From: Eledone cirrhosa
Lineage: Eukaryota
Assembly: GCA_964016885.1 (NCBI GenBank)
Contig: OZ024741.1
Location: 294,934,001-294,998,000, forward strand
Direction: 5' to 3'
DNA: 64,000 bases
Below the pieces are notes generated by a model. That model made no database searches and had not been told where the DNA came from. It saw only the letters and a list, made by a program, of their open reading frames with translations. This document shows positions 1 to 10,548 of this stretch, piece by piece. Numbering within the stretch: position 1 is the first letter of the stretch; the number at the start of each line of letters is the position of its first letter. Position numbers and translations under genes: made by a program.

Positions 1-141
1 CAATTATCCATTAAATTAGAACTGACCTATAGATAATTCTTACATGCTTTTTTTTTTTTATTACTTTCAAAATTTCTATTTTGGGCAATTAGCTACGTTT
101 TGAAAATGTTATGCTTCATTTTTATGAAATTGAACTTAAGT

Positions 142-589
142 TTAACCCTTTTATTACCCTATTTCTGTTAAAAGACACTGCCTGTGAAATCATTTTGAAA
201 ATAATCAAGAATTTGGAGGGATTTAATAATATAACTTTATCATTATCATGTATGTGTTTGTAAGGGCGGTGGATTGGCAGTATCGGTAGAGAGTCGGACA
301 CAATGCTTTGCAGCATAGAGTTACAGTCCTTTATCGTCTGAGTTCAAATCCCGCCGAGGTTAACTTTGCCTTTCATCCTTACAGGGTCGATAAAATAAAG
401 TACCAGTAATGCACTGGGTGATTGCTGGCCTTGTGCCAAAAGTAGAAACAATTATGATGTATGTGTTTGGAACATAACTTCTTACATAGAATTATAATGG
501 AAAGATTTTAGATAAGCACTTTAAATCAAGCAGTTTTGTGTTGTAGAATCAGTGGTGGTTTCAGTTGGTTTGGTATCAAAAGGGGTTAA
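142..589. mobile_element. piggyBac-like non-autonomous MITE (TTAA-flanked) containing a SINE insertion
   Basis: TTAA-CCCTTTTATTACC at 142-158 and GGTATCAAAAGGGG-TTAA at 572-589 form imperfect TIRs with TTAA on both sides; related sequence at ~42497, ~47470 and 53614-54294. Confidence 0.65.
264..450 (+). mobile_element. tRNA-derived SINE (family A, short form)
   Basis: A-box-like TGGCAGTATCGG, B-box GAGTTCAAATCC, core GCCTTTCATCCTTACAGGGTCGATAAAATAAAGTACCAG, tail GTAGAAAC; ~22-bp TSD attatcatgtatgtgtttgtaa (242-263) / attatgatgtatgtgtttggaa (451-472). Confidence 0.9.
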
Positions 590-1576
590 TGGATAAGTTA
601 GTAACTTGGTGTTGAGGAAAGCAGTGTTTTATATACCTGTTAGTACTGACATGCCAGGAAGAACTTTATTTAGTCAATACAAAATTTATTTTTAAATGTG
701 ATTTGATTTCTAGAAATTAAAAGATTCTAGAAACCTAGAAATTTACAATTTATTTATTTATTTAATCAATTTAAACGTCTAGATAGAGCTAGTAAGCCAT
801 AACAGACTAGGGAAGTATCTAGTACTTACAGTTGAGAAACAAAAAAACAAGATATACAGAAATAAGAGAATATAAAAGTAGAAATTTAAAAAAGTAAAAT
901 AAAAAAAATTGAATAGGGAAGGGCAACAAGTGCAAAATAAGCATAAAAAGATAAAGAGAAATGTAATATTGAGAAGTGGTAGCAGCAGCAGTAGTAAAAG
1001 ACATGTGCACATTCCAGAAAATAGTAATTTTAAGATCTGTAAACACAGTTTAGGCATTCTCACACAGCACCTGTTGAACATATACTTTTTGTTAACTTTA
1101 AACATGTGGGTTAACACTTGAAGAATCTTGTTAACCTTGAATATTATGCAATGCCTTTACATATATTTTCCATTGAACATGTTTAACTTTGGATATTTTC
1201 ATTAACCATGAAGATCATTGTTGACTTTGCATACTCCTATTCAATTTTCCATGATGTACCTGATATTTGTTCCAAGAAAGGAAACTCTCTGTGTTTTATT
1301 CAAACTACGAAACCTGAATTATCATCATCATAATTGCATTCAATATTCATACTTGCATGGGTTAGATGAGACATTTGAAAAAGGTTTTCTACAGCCAGAT
1401 GTCTTTCATGATGCTAACCCATAACATTATAAGTGCGGTTTATATAATGCTGACATTCATCAAACCACTATGATGCAGGATGTGTTGTTTATGGAAAATA
1501 TAAACAACTATCAGCACTGATTTTTATAAACAACTTTGATATGACATTTGCAGTGACTAGCAAACAGTTGTGCATG

Positions 1577-1615
<39 letters not shown>

Positions 1616-2005
1616 TATGGATTTGTGTGATAAATATGCATGAAGTAAGGATTCATATACAATAATAGTCAATATAATAATTTTTCAGCAATTGTGTGTG
1701 TATATATATATATACATACATACATTTATCATGGCCAATTATGATTAAATAGTAAGTCATATTACTCTGGAATTTCACCTGAACACAAAGTAAAACTCCA
1801 GGGTAATAAGACTCACTATTTAATCATAATACTTTATTGAGTACACCTTTCCCTCAGCTGTCAACTACTCACAGATATATATATATGTATGCTTTTATGT
1901 ACACCTCTATTATGCTTAACGCTGTTGTAGTGCTATTGCCAATTAAAATATGTTCACAGAAGAAAAAGAGAAAAATAATTTTTTCGTATCAAAAATATTT
2001 TTTGT

Positions 2006-2390
2006 TTGGTAGTGAAAATCTGGCACTCTAAATTGCCTAGAAGGATCAAAATCAAACTGTTCTTTGCAACTGTTGAATCCATACTTTTGCATGGCTGTAA
2101 AACATGGACACTGACTGATAAGTTAATTGTTTCTACTATTGGCACAAGGCTAGCAATTACCCAGTACATTACTGGTACTTTATTTTATCGACCCCGTAAG
2201 GATGAAAGGCAAAGTTAACCTCGACCTTTCTGACTGATAAGTTAATGAGCAGGCTAATGAGCTGCTACACAAGGATGCTACAATTGGGCCTTAATGTGAA
2301 ATGTCTGCAACATATAACAAATAAATGCCTTTATGCAGACCTGCCAAAAGATCAGTGTAGGTCACCAACACTAGGGAGGCTGTCTTGTTC
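2006..2390 (+). mobile_element. decayed RTE-X-like LINE C-terminal fragment, interrupted by a SINE
   Basis: KIWHSKLPRRIKIKLFFATVESILLHGCKTWTLTDKL and, after the SINE, MSRLMSCYTRML align by eye to the 22243-23280 protein (LWTSQL..LKLEIFQATIKPILLYGSETWTLT..LERRLDGTYTRLL). Confidence 0.75.
2128..2229 (-). mobile_element. 5'-truncated family A SINE with TSD
   Basis: Reverse complement of core and tail; exact 17-bp TSD ctgactgataagttaat at 2111-2127 and 2230-2246. Confidence 0.9.
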
Positions 2391-2417
2391 TTGATATATA
2401 TATGTATAATATATATA

Positions 2418-3203
2418 TCTGTATATATATAAAATTAAGTATGTGTGTGTGTGTCTGTGTATTACCTATAGGGGCCTACATCTTACGTCCAATTTTCATG
2501 AAACCTTACAGGCTCATAGATTAGTCATCGGGGAGTGTTTTCTATATATCAGTGTATCGTTTTTTTATTCCGGGGTCATTCTGCAGATAAAAATCGATAG
2601 GGGGTCAAGATTTTTGGCTCTAGCTCCCACATTTTGCCACCGATTTCGTTCAAATTTTAAAGCAAAATAGAATGTATCATTGCATATGCTGTAATGGCTT
2701 TATATTTTGCATTTGTTGTTCAGGGACGGCGTGGCAGCCGCTTAAATATTCAAAAGTACCACTTTTAGACTGAAATTTCTACTTTTTCGGCTTTAGCTCC
2801 CACATTAATCAACCTACTTTGTTCAAATTTTACACTACGCTAGATCTGATTATTTCACGTCTTAAAGTGGCTTTACATTTTGGATTTTTTGTTCAGGAAC
2901 GGTGTGGCAGCCGCTTAAATATTCGAAAATACCACGTTTTCGCTCAAATTCCCGCCTTTTCGGCTCTAGCTCCCACATTTTTCAACCGATTTCGTTCAAA
3001 TTCGAAACTTCGGCTCCACCTCACACATAAATCAATTTATTTGGTTCAACTTTTATACTACGATAGAACCTATCATTACACATCTTATAGTAGCTTTACA
3101 CTTTGCATTTTTTGTTCAGGGAAGGCGACTTATCATTAGCTCCCACATTTTTCAACCGATTTCGTTCAAATTCGAAACTTCGGCTCCACCTCACACATAA
3201 ATC
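2418..3203 (+). mobile_element. non-autonomous Helitron-like element with ~172-bp internal tandem repeats
   Basis: 5' TCTGTATATATATAAAA..(TG)n..CCAATTTTCATGAAAC resembles non-autonomous Helitron heads; TAGCTCCCACATT recurs at ~2621, 2795, 2968, 3137. Confidence 0.5.
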
Positions 3204-4500
3204 TAGCTTCTCTCTTAGCGGCTGTATATCCTTCTCTACTCCCACCCTTTTTCCAAGCCTTCCATGCTAGTCTTTTGTCTCTAATGGCCTTATCTACTGT
3301 GCTGTTCCACCACCAGGTCACTCTCTGTCTGGTTGGAGCTCTGTTCCAGCCACAAGTTTCATCAGTAGCCTGCACTAAGTTGTCCCGTAAGAAATTCCAG
3401 TTATTATCTATGTCATACGTCTCTATATCGTCTTCTTTTTCTTCATACACATCTTGAAGGGTTTTCCTAAATTTGTATTTTAGTGAAAGGTCTTTTAGCT
3501 TCCAGGCCTTTCTTCTCCACACCTTCCTGTATGTCTCATTCCATCTCTTGCTTAGAGATATCACTAACGACTAATCTATGCTGTGGGGTACAATCTTCCC
3601 CAGGGTATGCCTTGGTATTTGACACCATCTGCCTATCCCGCTGCCTAACTAGCAAGAAGTCAATCTGGCTTATGTGCTCACCTGATTTGTAGGTCATTAG
3701 GTGGTTGGCAGGTTTCTGGAAGTTAGTGTTGCAAATAGTCAATGTACTAGCATCACAAAATACAAGAAGTCTCTTCATTTCTTGAGCCATAACCGTGCCC
3801 ACCATGTACCCCAGTGTAACCATCCTGCAGCTGTCCAACATAACCATTGAAGTCCCCTGCTAGCATAACGATGTCTCCGTCCTCTGTCATTGTGGTTGTT
3901 TGTAAAAGTTGCTCGTAAAAGCAGTCTTTCTCTTCTTTGCGTAGGCCTGCTTGGGGAGCATAGACCGAGATGATTGTCAGTAGTCTCCTGCCTACAACTA
4001 ATCTAAGCTTAATTATTCGATTATAAACTCGAACTACCTCTATTGTCTTATTGATCCATCTCTCAGCCAGAAAGATGCCTACTCCCCCTAACCCATCATC
4101 CTTACTTACCCAGAAAATCTTATAGCTAAGATGTTTGCCTGCGACTAGTCTCACAGAGGCACCTCTCCATCTCTTGCATGCAGCACACATCCACATGCCT
4201 TCTCTCCAGCGTCTCCGCTATTTCACCAGATCTACCTGTGAGAGTGCCAACATTAAGTGTTGCAATTCTGAGATGCGACGTCTTCATATTTTTGTTGTTC
4301 CTATATACTTGTTGCTGTGCTTATAATTGTTTTGGCATTGATACACTGGTTGGATGCCCTTCCTAACACCAGTGCCACTTTACAGCATGGAGTGGGTGCT
4401 TTTATTCGTGCCACCAGCACTAAAAAGGATGTCTTACTGGACTCATGGACCCTCTCTACCCCCCGCCATTTTACAGCATGGTCATAACAAAAAAAAAAGG
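3204..4500 (-). mobile_element. RTE LINE 5' portion (5'UTR plus AP endonuclease), frameshifted, 3'-deleted
   Basis: ATG at 4287 gives MKTSHLRIATLNVGTLTGRSGEIAETLERRHVDVCCMQE; then GVGIF, VYAPQ, GDFNG, SQIDF, QHRLVV and VTWWWN, homologous to the 17224-18120 protein. Confidence 0.9.
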
Positions 4501-4864
4501 CACCACTTATTGACACTCACAGCACACACACACTCACTCACACACCAACACTCATGCATACAAACACAAACGCCACTCACATACCAACACTCATGCATAC
4601 AAACACACACACACCACTCACACACACACACACCTACATATATTACCGTCAGTACTGATTCAAAATCATGTCAACTATTGACTTTTCCAGTTCAGTTTTT
4701 ATATAATAATAATAATTGTTTGCTTTACAGCATAGAGCAACCGTTCTCCCCCCCCCCCCCCAAAAAAAAAACGCACCAGCAATGCGCTGGGACAATCGCT
4801 GCTCTGTGCCAAGAACAGAATAGTTATTTAGTATTATAGTTGTTTTCTTCTTCTTAAGGCCTGA

Positions 4865-5240
4865 TCGCTGGTGATGGTGGTTGTGGTGGTGGTGAAGGTA
4901 GTGGATGACGTCAATGATGGTGGTGGCAGTTGTTGTTGTTGTTGTTGCCGTTGTTGTTGTTCATTTCACTGATGCTGCTGCTGCAGACAATGGTGGTGTT
5001 GCTGTTGTTGTAGTCGCTGGGTTGAAATTTGGAAATTTGTCGCTTCGCGTGTGTGATATATACACATAGATATATATACATACACATATATATATATATA
5101 CATACATACACACATTCAACACAGACAATGGTGTTGTTGTTGTTACTGTTGCTGTTGTTGCTGTTGTTGCTGTTGTTGTTGTAGTTGTTGTTGCAGTGTT
5201 GAAATCTGGTTGCATAATATATATATATATAATATATATA
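4865..5240. repeat. compound GTT/GCT/GGT and TA low-complexity tract
   Basis: Trinucleotide runs with a duplicated CAGACAATGGTG..GTTGAAAT motif; gives spurious poly-Q/N/T ORFs. Confidence 0.8.
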
Positions 5241-5504
5241 TCCGCCCACACTGAGGAGAAGACTCAATGGAGCCAAGCTGCGAAGACATCAGGCTCGGCC
5301 TTGTAGACCTCAGCTGGAACGCCATCCTCGCCCGGTGCCTTGTTGTTCCGGAGATGTGTCAGGACACCATGTACCTCCTCGACTGTTGGAGGGGCAGTGC
5401 TGCACCCGTATTCTTCTCCGGAAGGCAGCATGTAGGTTGGCGTGGATGGTGGCGGGTGGTTGAGCAGCCCGGAGAAATGGTCCCGCCATCGGACTAGCCG
5501 GTCA
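5241..5504 (-). mobile_element. RTE LINE internal fragment (pre-RT linker)
   Basis: RWRDHFSGLLN..PPTVEEV..LRNNKAPGEDGVPAEVYK; GC-rich island between TA microsatellites. Confidence 0.85.
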
Positions 5505-6544
5505 TTATATATATATATATGTATGTATATACACACACACACATACATACATGATGTGCTTATAGTTTCCATTTGTAAAATTCACTCACAAAGTATTAAT
5601 CATCTAAAGTACTGAAATACTTGCCCAAGATGTGACTGAGTCTGAACCCCAAATCGTGTGATTCTCAAGCAAGCGTCTGAACTGCACAGACACATGTTTG
5701 CACCTATAAAGATAATAAAAACAACAGTAATTTACTTACTTTAATTTATTTCCGATATGCAAGGTAGACATGTGTCTAGATAGAAGATATCAATATAGCA
5801 ACATAAAAGATTGATTCAGAGTATATTCTTGATTTCAACTTGTTTCCACGTACACCAGGTTATAAAAATAAACTGACATAGAAAACTTTGTTTATTTACA
5901 TCTAAATATATCACGCATTCACTAATCAAATTATACACACGTATAAATAAATATATATATGTATATTTATTTATATATACATATATGTATGTGTATATAT
6001 ATATATATATATAATCCATGCAAGAGTGGAAAATAGACGTTAAACAATGATGATGATGAAATATATATATGTATATATAAGAAGAAATTTGTCCAGATGC
6101 TATATCTGGTGACCTCTCTCTATTACTGAAATTAGATTGCCTCCAAATGGCATGCAAAAAGTTAGAATATTTAGGCCTCTACAATGTTAAGTGGTTCTGA
6201 AATATTGCATTATTGATCAATTTGAATATTCTAAAAGGCGGAAGCCTTCGTAGCCATCCTTTTGATGGAACCTTATTGGTCTCTGGTATGTCATATATAA
6301 ACATTGAGAAAAAAAATGTACTTTACTTGCAAAAAAAAAGTAGGAAAATGGAAATCGATATGTGTATAGCAGACAGAACTGCCAAATTTCCATTTCTACA
6401 GCTATTATTTGCATAAAGTAATACCTGTCTAGAGAGCATGGCCCCAATACATTAAAGTTTCTAGCATACACTTGATTGCTTGCATTTTATTTGATATATT
6501 AAATTAACTTCATTTTTAAGGATATTAAAAGATAGTAGTAATAG

Positions 6545-7830
6545 GAATGGTAGTAGCAATTTGAAGGGGAGGGGAAAGTCAATTAGAGCTACCCCAGTAC
6601 ATTACTGGTACTTTATTTTATCCACCCTGTAAGGATGAAAGGCAAAGCTAACCTCAGTGGGATTTGAACTCTATGCTGCAAAGCATGGTGTCTGATGCTC
6701 TACCGATACTGCTGATCCACAGTTGTAATAATGATCATCACCATCACCATCACCGTTTTACGTCCGTTCTTCCATGCTAGCATGGGTTAAACGGGTTGTC
6801 CTGTTGTGGGCAGTGTCCGTCGGTTTACCTTGTCTTGCTCATACGAGAACTGATTCTGGCTTGATTTCTACAGCTGGATGCCCTGCCTAACACCAACCTC
6901 ATTTACAGTGAGTGCTGAGTGATTTTTTCCCATGGCGCCTACACGTCCACTTTACAGTGTGGGCTGGGTGCTTTTTTGCCGTGGCACCTCCACGACTACT
7001 TTGCAGTGGAATGATAGGGACCCCAATCCTATCATCTCATTTCTACAGCTGAGTAAACTGGAGCAATTTGAAATAAAGTGTCTTGCTCAAGGAAACAACA
7101 CATTACCCGGTCTGAGAATTGAACTCACAACCTTTCGATTGCAAGCCAAATGCTCTAACCACTAAGCCATGCGCAATGATAATAGTAATAATAGTATTAG
7201 TAATAATAATTTTAAGTAGTAGTAATATTAGTAGTATTAATGGTTTCTGATTTAGTCACATGGCCAATAATGTTGGGGGAGGGGGATGCATAAATCAACT
7301 CCAGTGTGTTGCTGGTACTTTATTTTATCAACCCTGTAAGGATGAAAGGCAAAGCTAACCTTGACAGGATTTGAACTCAGAATGTAAAAGGCCTTAACTA
7401 TGCTACAAAGCATGTTGTCCAATGCTGTACCGTTGCTGCCACTCTGCATAGTAGTAATAATAATGATTTCTAGTATAGGCACAAGGCCAGTAATTTGGGG
7501 GGAGGGGAAAGTCGATTAAATCGACTCCAGTGTGTTACTGGTGCTTTATTTTATTGACTCCCATAAGGATGAAAGGCAAAGTTAGCCTTGGCAGGATTTG
7601 AACTCAGACTGTAAAGCAGCGTAACTCTATGCTGCAAAGCATAGCATCTGACCCTCTACCAATACTACCAATCCACTGCCCTTAGTAGTAGTAGTAATAA
7701 TAATGATAATTATAACAATAGTAATAATTGTTTCTACTTTAGGCACAAGGCCAGTGCATTACTGATACGTTATTTTATCGACCCTGTAAGGAAGAAAGGC
7801 AAAGTTAACCTCGGCGGGATTTGAACTCAA
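6545..7830 (-). mobile_element. cluster of co-oriented SINEs: four family A copies (~6555-6720, 7243-7445, 7465-7682, 7729-7830), one RTE-tailed element (~6755-7000), one CORE-like SINE (~7020-7175)
   Basis: Repeated CTGGTACTTTATTTTATC..GGATGAAAGGCAAAG..GGATTTGAACTC separated by (AGT)n/(AAT)n. Confidence 0.85.
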
Positions 7831-8104
7831 ACAATAGTAATAATAAAATAGTATTAGTAGTAGTAGTAGTAATTTACCAAATTCTTTATATTCTTTACAA
7901 TTTACTTATGTCACTGTATTTGTTTAGTTTGTAAGCTGTAAGCTTCATATTTTTATTTGAATATTGAGAAATCAATGTCAACTATATATTGTTATTATTT
8001 CTCTATCATGAACAAAATAGTGTATACATTTGTGAGTGCGTGTACATGTGTATGTATGTGTGTGTGTGTGCCCGCGCACATGTAGACGTGTATGTGTGTG
8101 TATA

Positions 8105-9082
8105 TATACAAATGAAAGGATTACAAAGGAGAATATATACTGTCAGAACATGTTTATATAAAAGCACCTATGTACGTTTCGCTCGAAAAGGATTTCTCAA
8201 GGGCATAGAAAACTACAGAATGTTCAGTACAGGACTCAGAAGGGGTTTTAAAGTGATACATACATCAAAGTTCATTCTTAGTTCAAACATACGCGTTGTT
8301 ATTGTCACAGAGCAAGGGGAGTAACTCTGGCCGGTGTTTGAATAATTGTCCCCAAAGGGCTTATTACTCGTTCACATGATGGTGGTTGTCCATTACTAAT
8401 TTGTGGGTGCTACTTTACTATTGTCAATTCAGGCACGGACTGAGATGCATAGTTGGTGTACAGATGATTATTTGTGCAGCCTACCCACCGGAGTGTTATG
8501 GTTTGGTGCAGAGGAACCCAGTTTATGGTTTTCAGGTCTCTGTCTATTTCCACCTGAAGAAAGACTGCTGTATTCTGTGTCTGCAGTTTATCACCGATTC
8601 TGCTCTGCTGTTGATGAGCTCGAGAGGTGCTCTTATAATATGGTAAAGTTCCATGAAGCAGAGCTCGTATTTCCTCTTGAAGTTGTACGGTGCTGCCCTG
8701 CTGACAATTTCCCAGTGTGTGGAGAAGCTGATGTTGGAGTCTTTTAATGTTGTGATGTAATTGGCGAGTGATCTGGAGTGTCTTAGTTTATATAAACATG
8801 TTCTGACAGTATATATTCTCCTTTGTAATCCTTTCATTTGTAACCGCTAAATATTAACGCTTCCAATATTTAACCCTGTAGGCACAAGTATTAAGCACAA
8901 ATGCACAACCTTTTGGCAACTAACTATATGTATCGCTTATCCCTTTAAACCTCTTCTTCTCTCTCTCGATACTTAAATATTAAAATAACAGATTAAAGTT
9001 TAAGCAAAGAATCGTTGTTTTCACCCTTTTATCCTTATTGAGCTCTCTTTGGATTTTAGTCTTCAAAATTTATTCTTATTAC
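8105..9082 (-). mobile_element. 5'-truncated Penelope-like element (GIY-YIG C-terminus plus 3' region) with inverted terminal copy
   Basis: SLANYITTLKD..WEIVSRAAPYN..LCFMELYHII..LINSRAE..CRH matches the PLE endonuclease tail pattern; ~55-bp inverted duplication 8107-8162 / 8787-8843; microsatellite flanks. Confidence 0.8.
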
Positions 9083-9150
<68 letters not shown>

Positions 9151-9152
9151 TA
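9083..9152. repeat. (TA)n microsatellite
   Basis: Direct reading. Confidence 0.95.
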
Positions 9153-10239
9153 TGTGTATCTGGGCTTTCACAAACATGGAAACATTTACCTGAGGCATAT
9201 CAACTCCTTTACATAATTGTGTTAACATCTGATGATGTCACACCGGTACTAGTTGCTGTTGTAATTATTTCATAACAGTACCATACTGGTATCATGTAAA
9301 TATGTATTCTCCAATAAATACGATTATGTAACATAAGTCTTCACATGTATTTTATACATTCATATATTTTCGCTATGTGCAAGACACGATCATCTGATCT
9401 GACTTGTCTCACAATGGGACAACTTTTCTAACCCATGCTAGTGTGGAAAAATGGACGTTAAACTGTAATGGAGATGATGATGATGATGTATATGTATTTA
9501 TATATAAATACGGTCCCAAAATACCTGTAAGGTAGTACTGCAACATGGCTTTAGCCATCATACCTAACACAAAATAAAGAACTAGAGAACCTCTGAGCCA
9601 TTCATATATATTTTGTTGATTTGTTGGTATTGAATGTTGACTAAGAAAATTTAGGCAGTGTATCAACATAATTGTTGTTGTTTAGTAGTGTGAATCATTG
9701 CTGATTGTTCAGTTTGTGTTATTGATATAGCTAATGAAACTTCAAAAGTGATGTTTCACTTTGTCTCTTGGCTATAGGAATTCTATTTAAGTTGGCTACT
9801 TGACAAAGCTATTGGAGCATGTACTCAACATGTCCAAGACACTAATAATGATTTGAAGGGAAAATTCAGATTCAACACACTCTAACTAACTCTTTAAGCA
9901 TTGATGATATTAGTTGTTGTTGTTTATATTTTGTAAGGGCAAAACCTCCTTAGTGTTGGTGCTGTTAAAAAATGCACCCGATACACTCTGTAAAATTGTT
10001 GAAATTATGAAGGTCATACAGCCATAGAAACTATACCAAAATAGAATGTATCTGAGCAAGACTCAGTGCCTTGACAGTTACTGACTTGATCTCCTTGACC
10101 TGTGGAACTCCTTCCAGCATGGAAAAGACAAAATGATGATGATGATTATGATGATTATTATGTATGTATAGAAGCATTTACATACTCATCATGGTTGATG
10201 TAAGCAAATGTCAGAAAGGTTATACATGCACATTTGGTC

Positions 10240-10548
10240 CCATAACTCCTGGGGAAATCGTAGGGTTGTTGTATATTAATATAGCATTTCTAGGTCATTT
10301 TCATCTCCTCTCCACGTCTGAATACAGCAGATTTCTCCCAGAGAAGGATAGTGTGAAAGAATGGATGCGAGAAAGAGCTATAGCAGAAGAATCGAAACCA
10401 GTACTAAACTTGTACTTATTTTATCGACCTTGAATGCATGAAAAGCAAAGTTAATCTCGGCAGGATTTGAACACAGAGAGTAGAGAGCCAAAACGAATAC
10501 CACAAAGCATTCTATCCAACATTCTAATGACTCTGCCAATTTGCCATC
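10240..10548 (-). mobile_element. family A-related SINE, long-tail subfamily (also ~47855-48182 and ~61020-61301)
   Basis: Shared TCTGAATACAGCAGATTTCT..GAGAAGGATAG block followed by the reverse-complement core and B box in all three copies. Confidence 0.75.

Noticed and set aside
4911-5325. Poly-Q/N/T ORFs
   Set aside because: Produced by trinucleotide and TA microsatellites plus an adjacent LINE fragment
8160-8215. Hammerhead in the Penelope 3' region (- strand hairpin then GAAACGTACATA)
   Set aside because: No CUGAUGA box before the hairpin and no stem I partner
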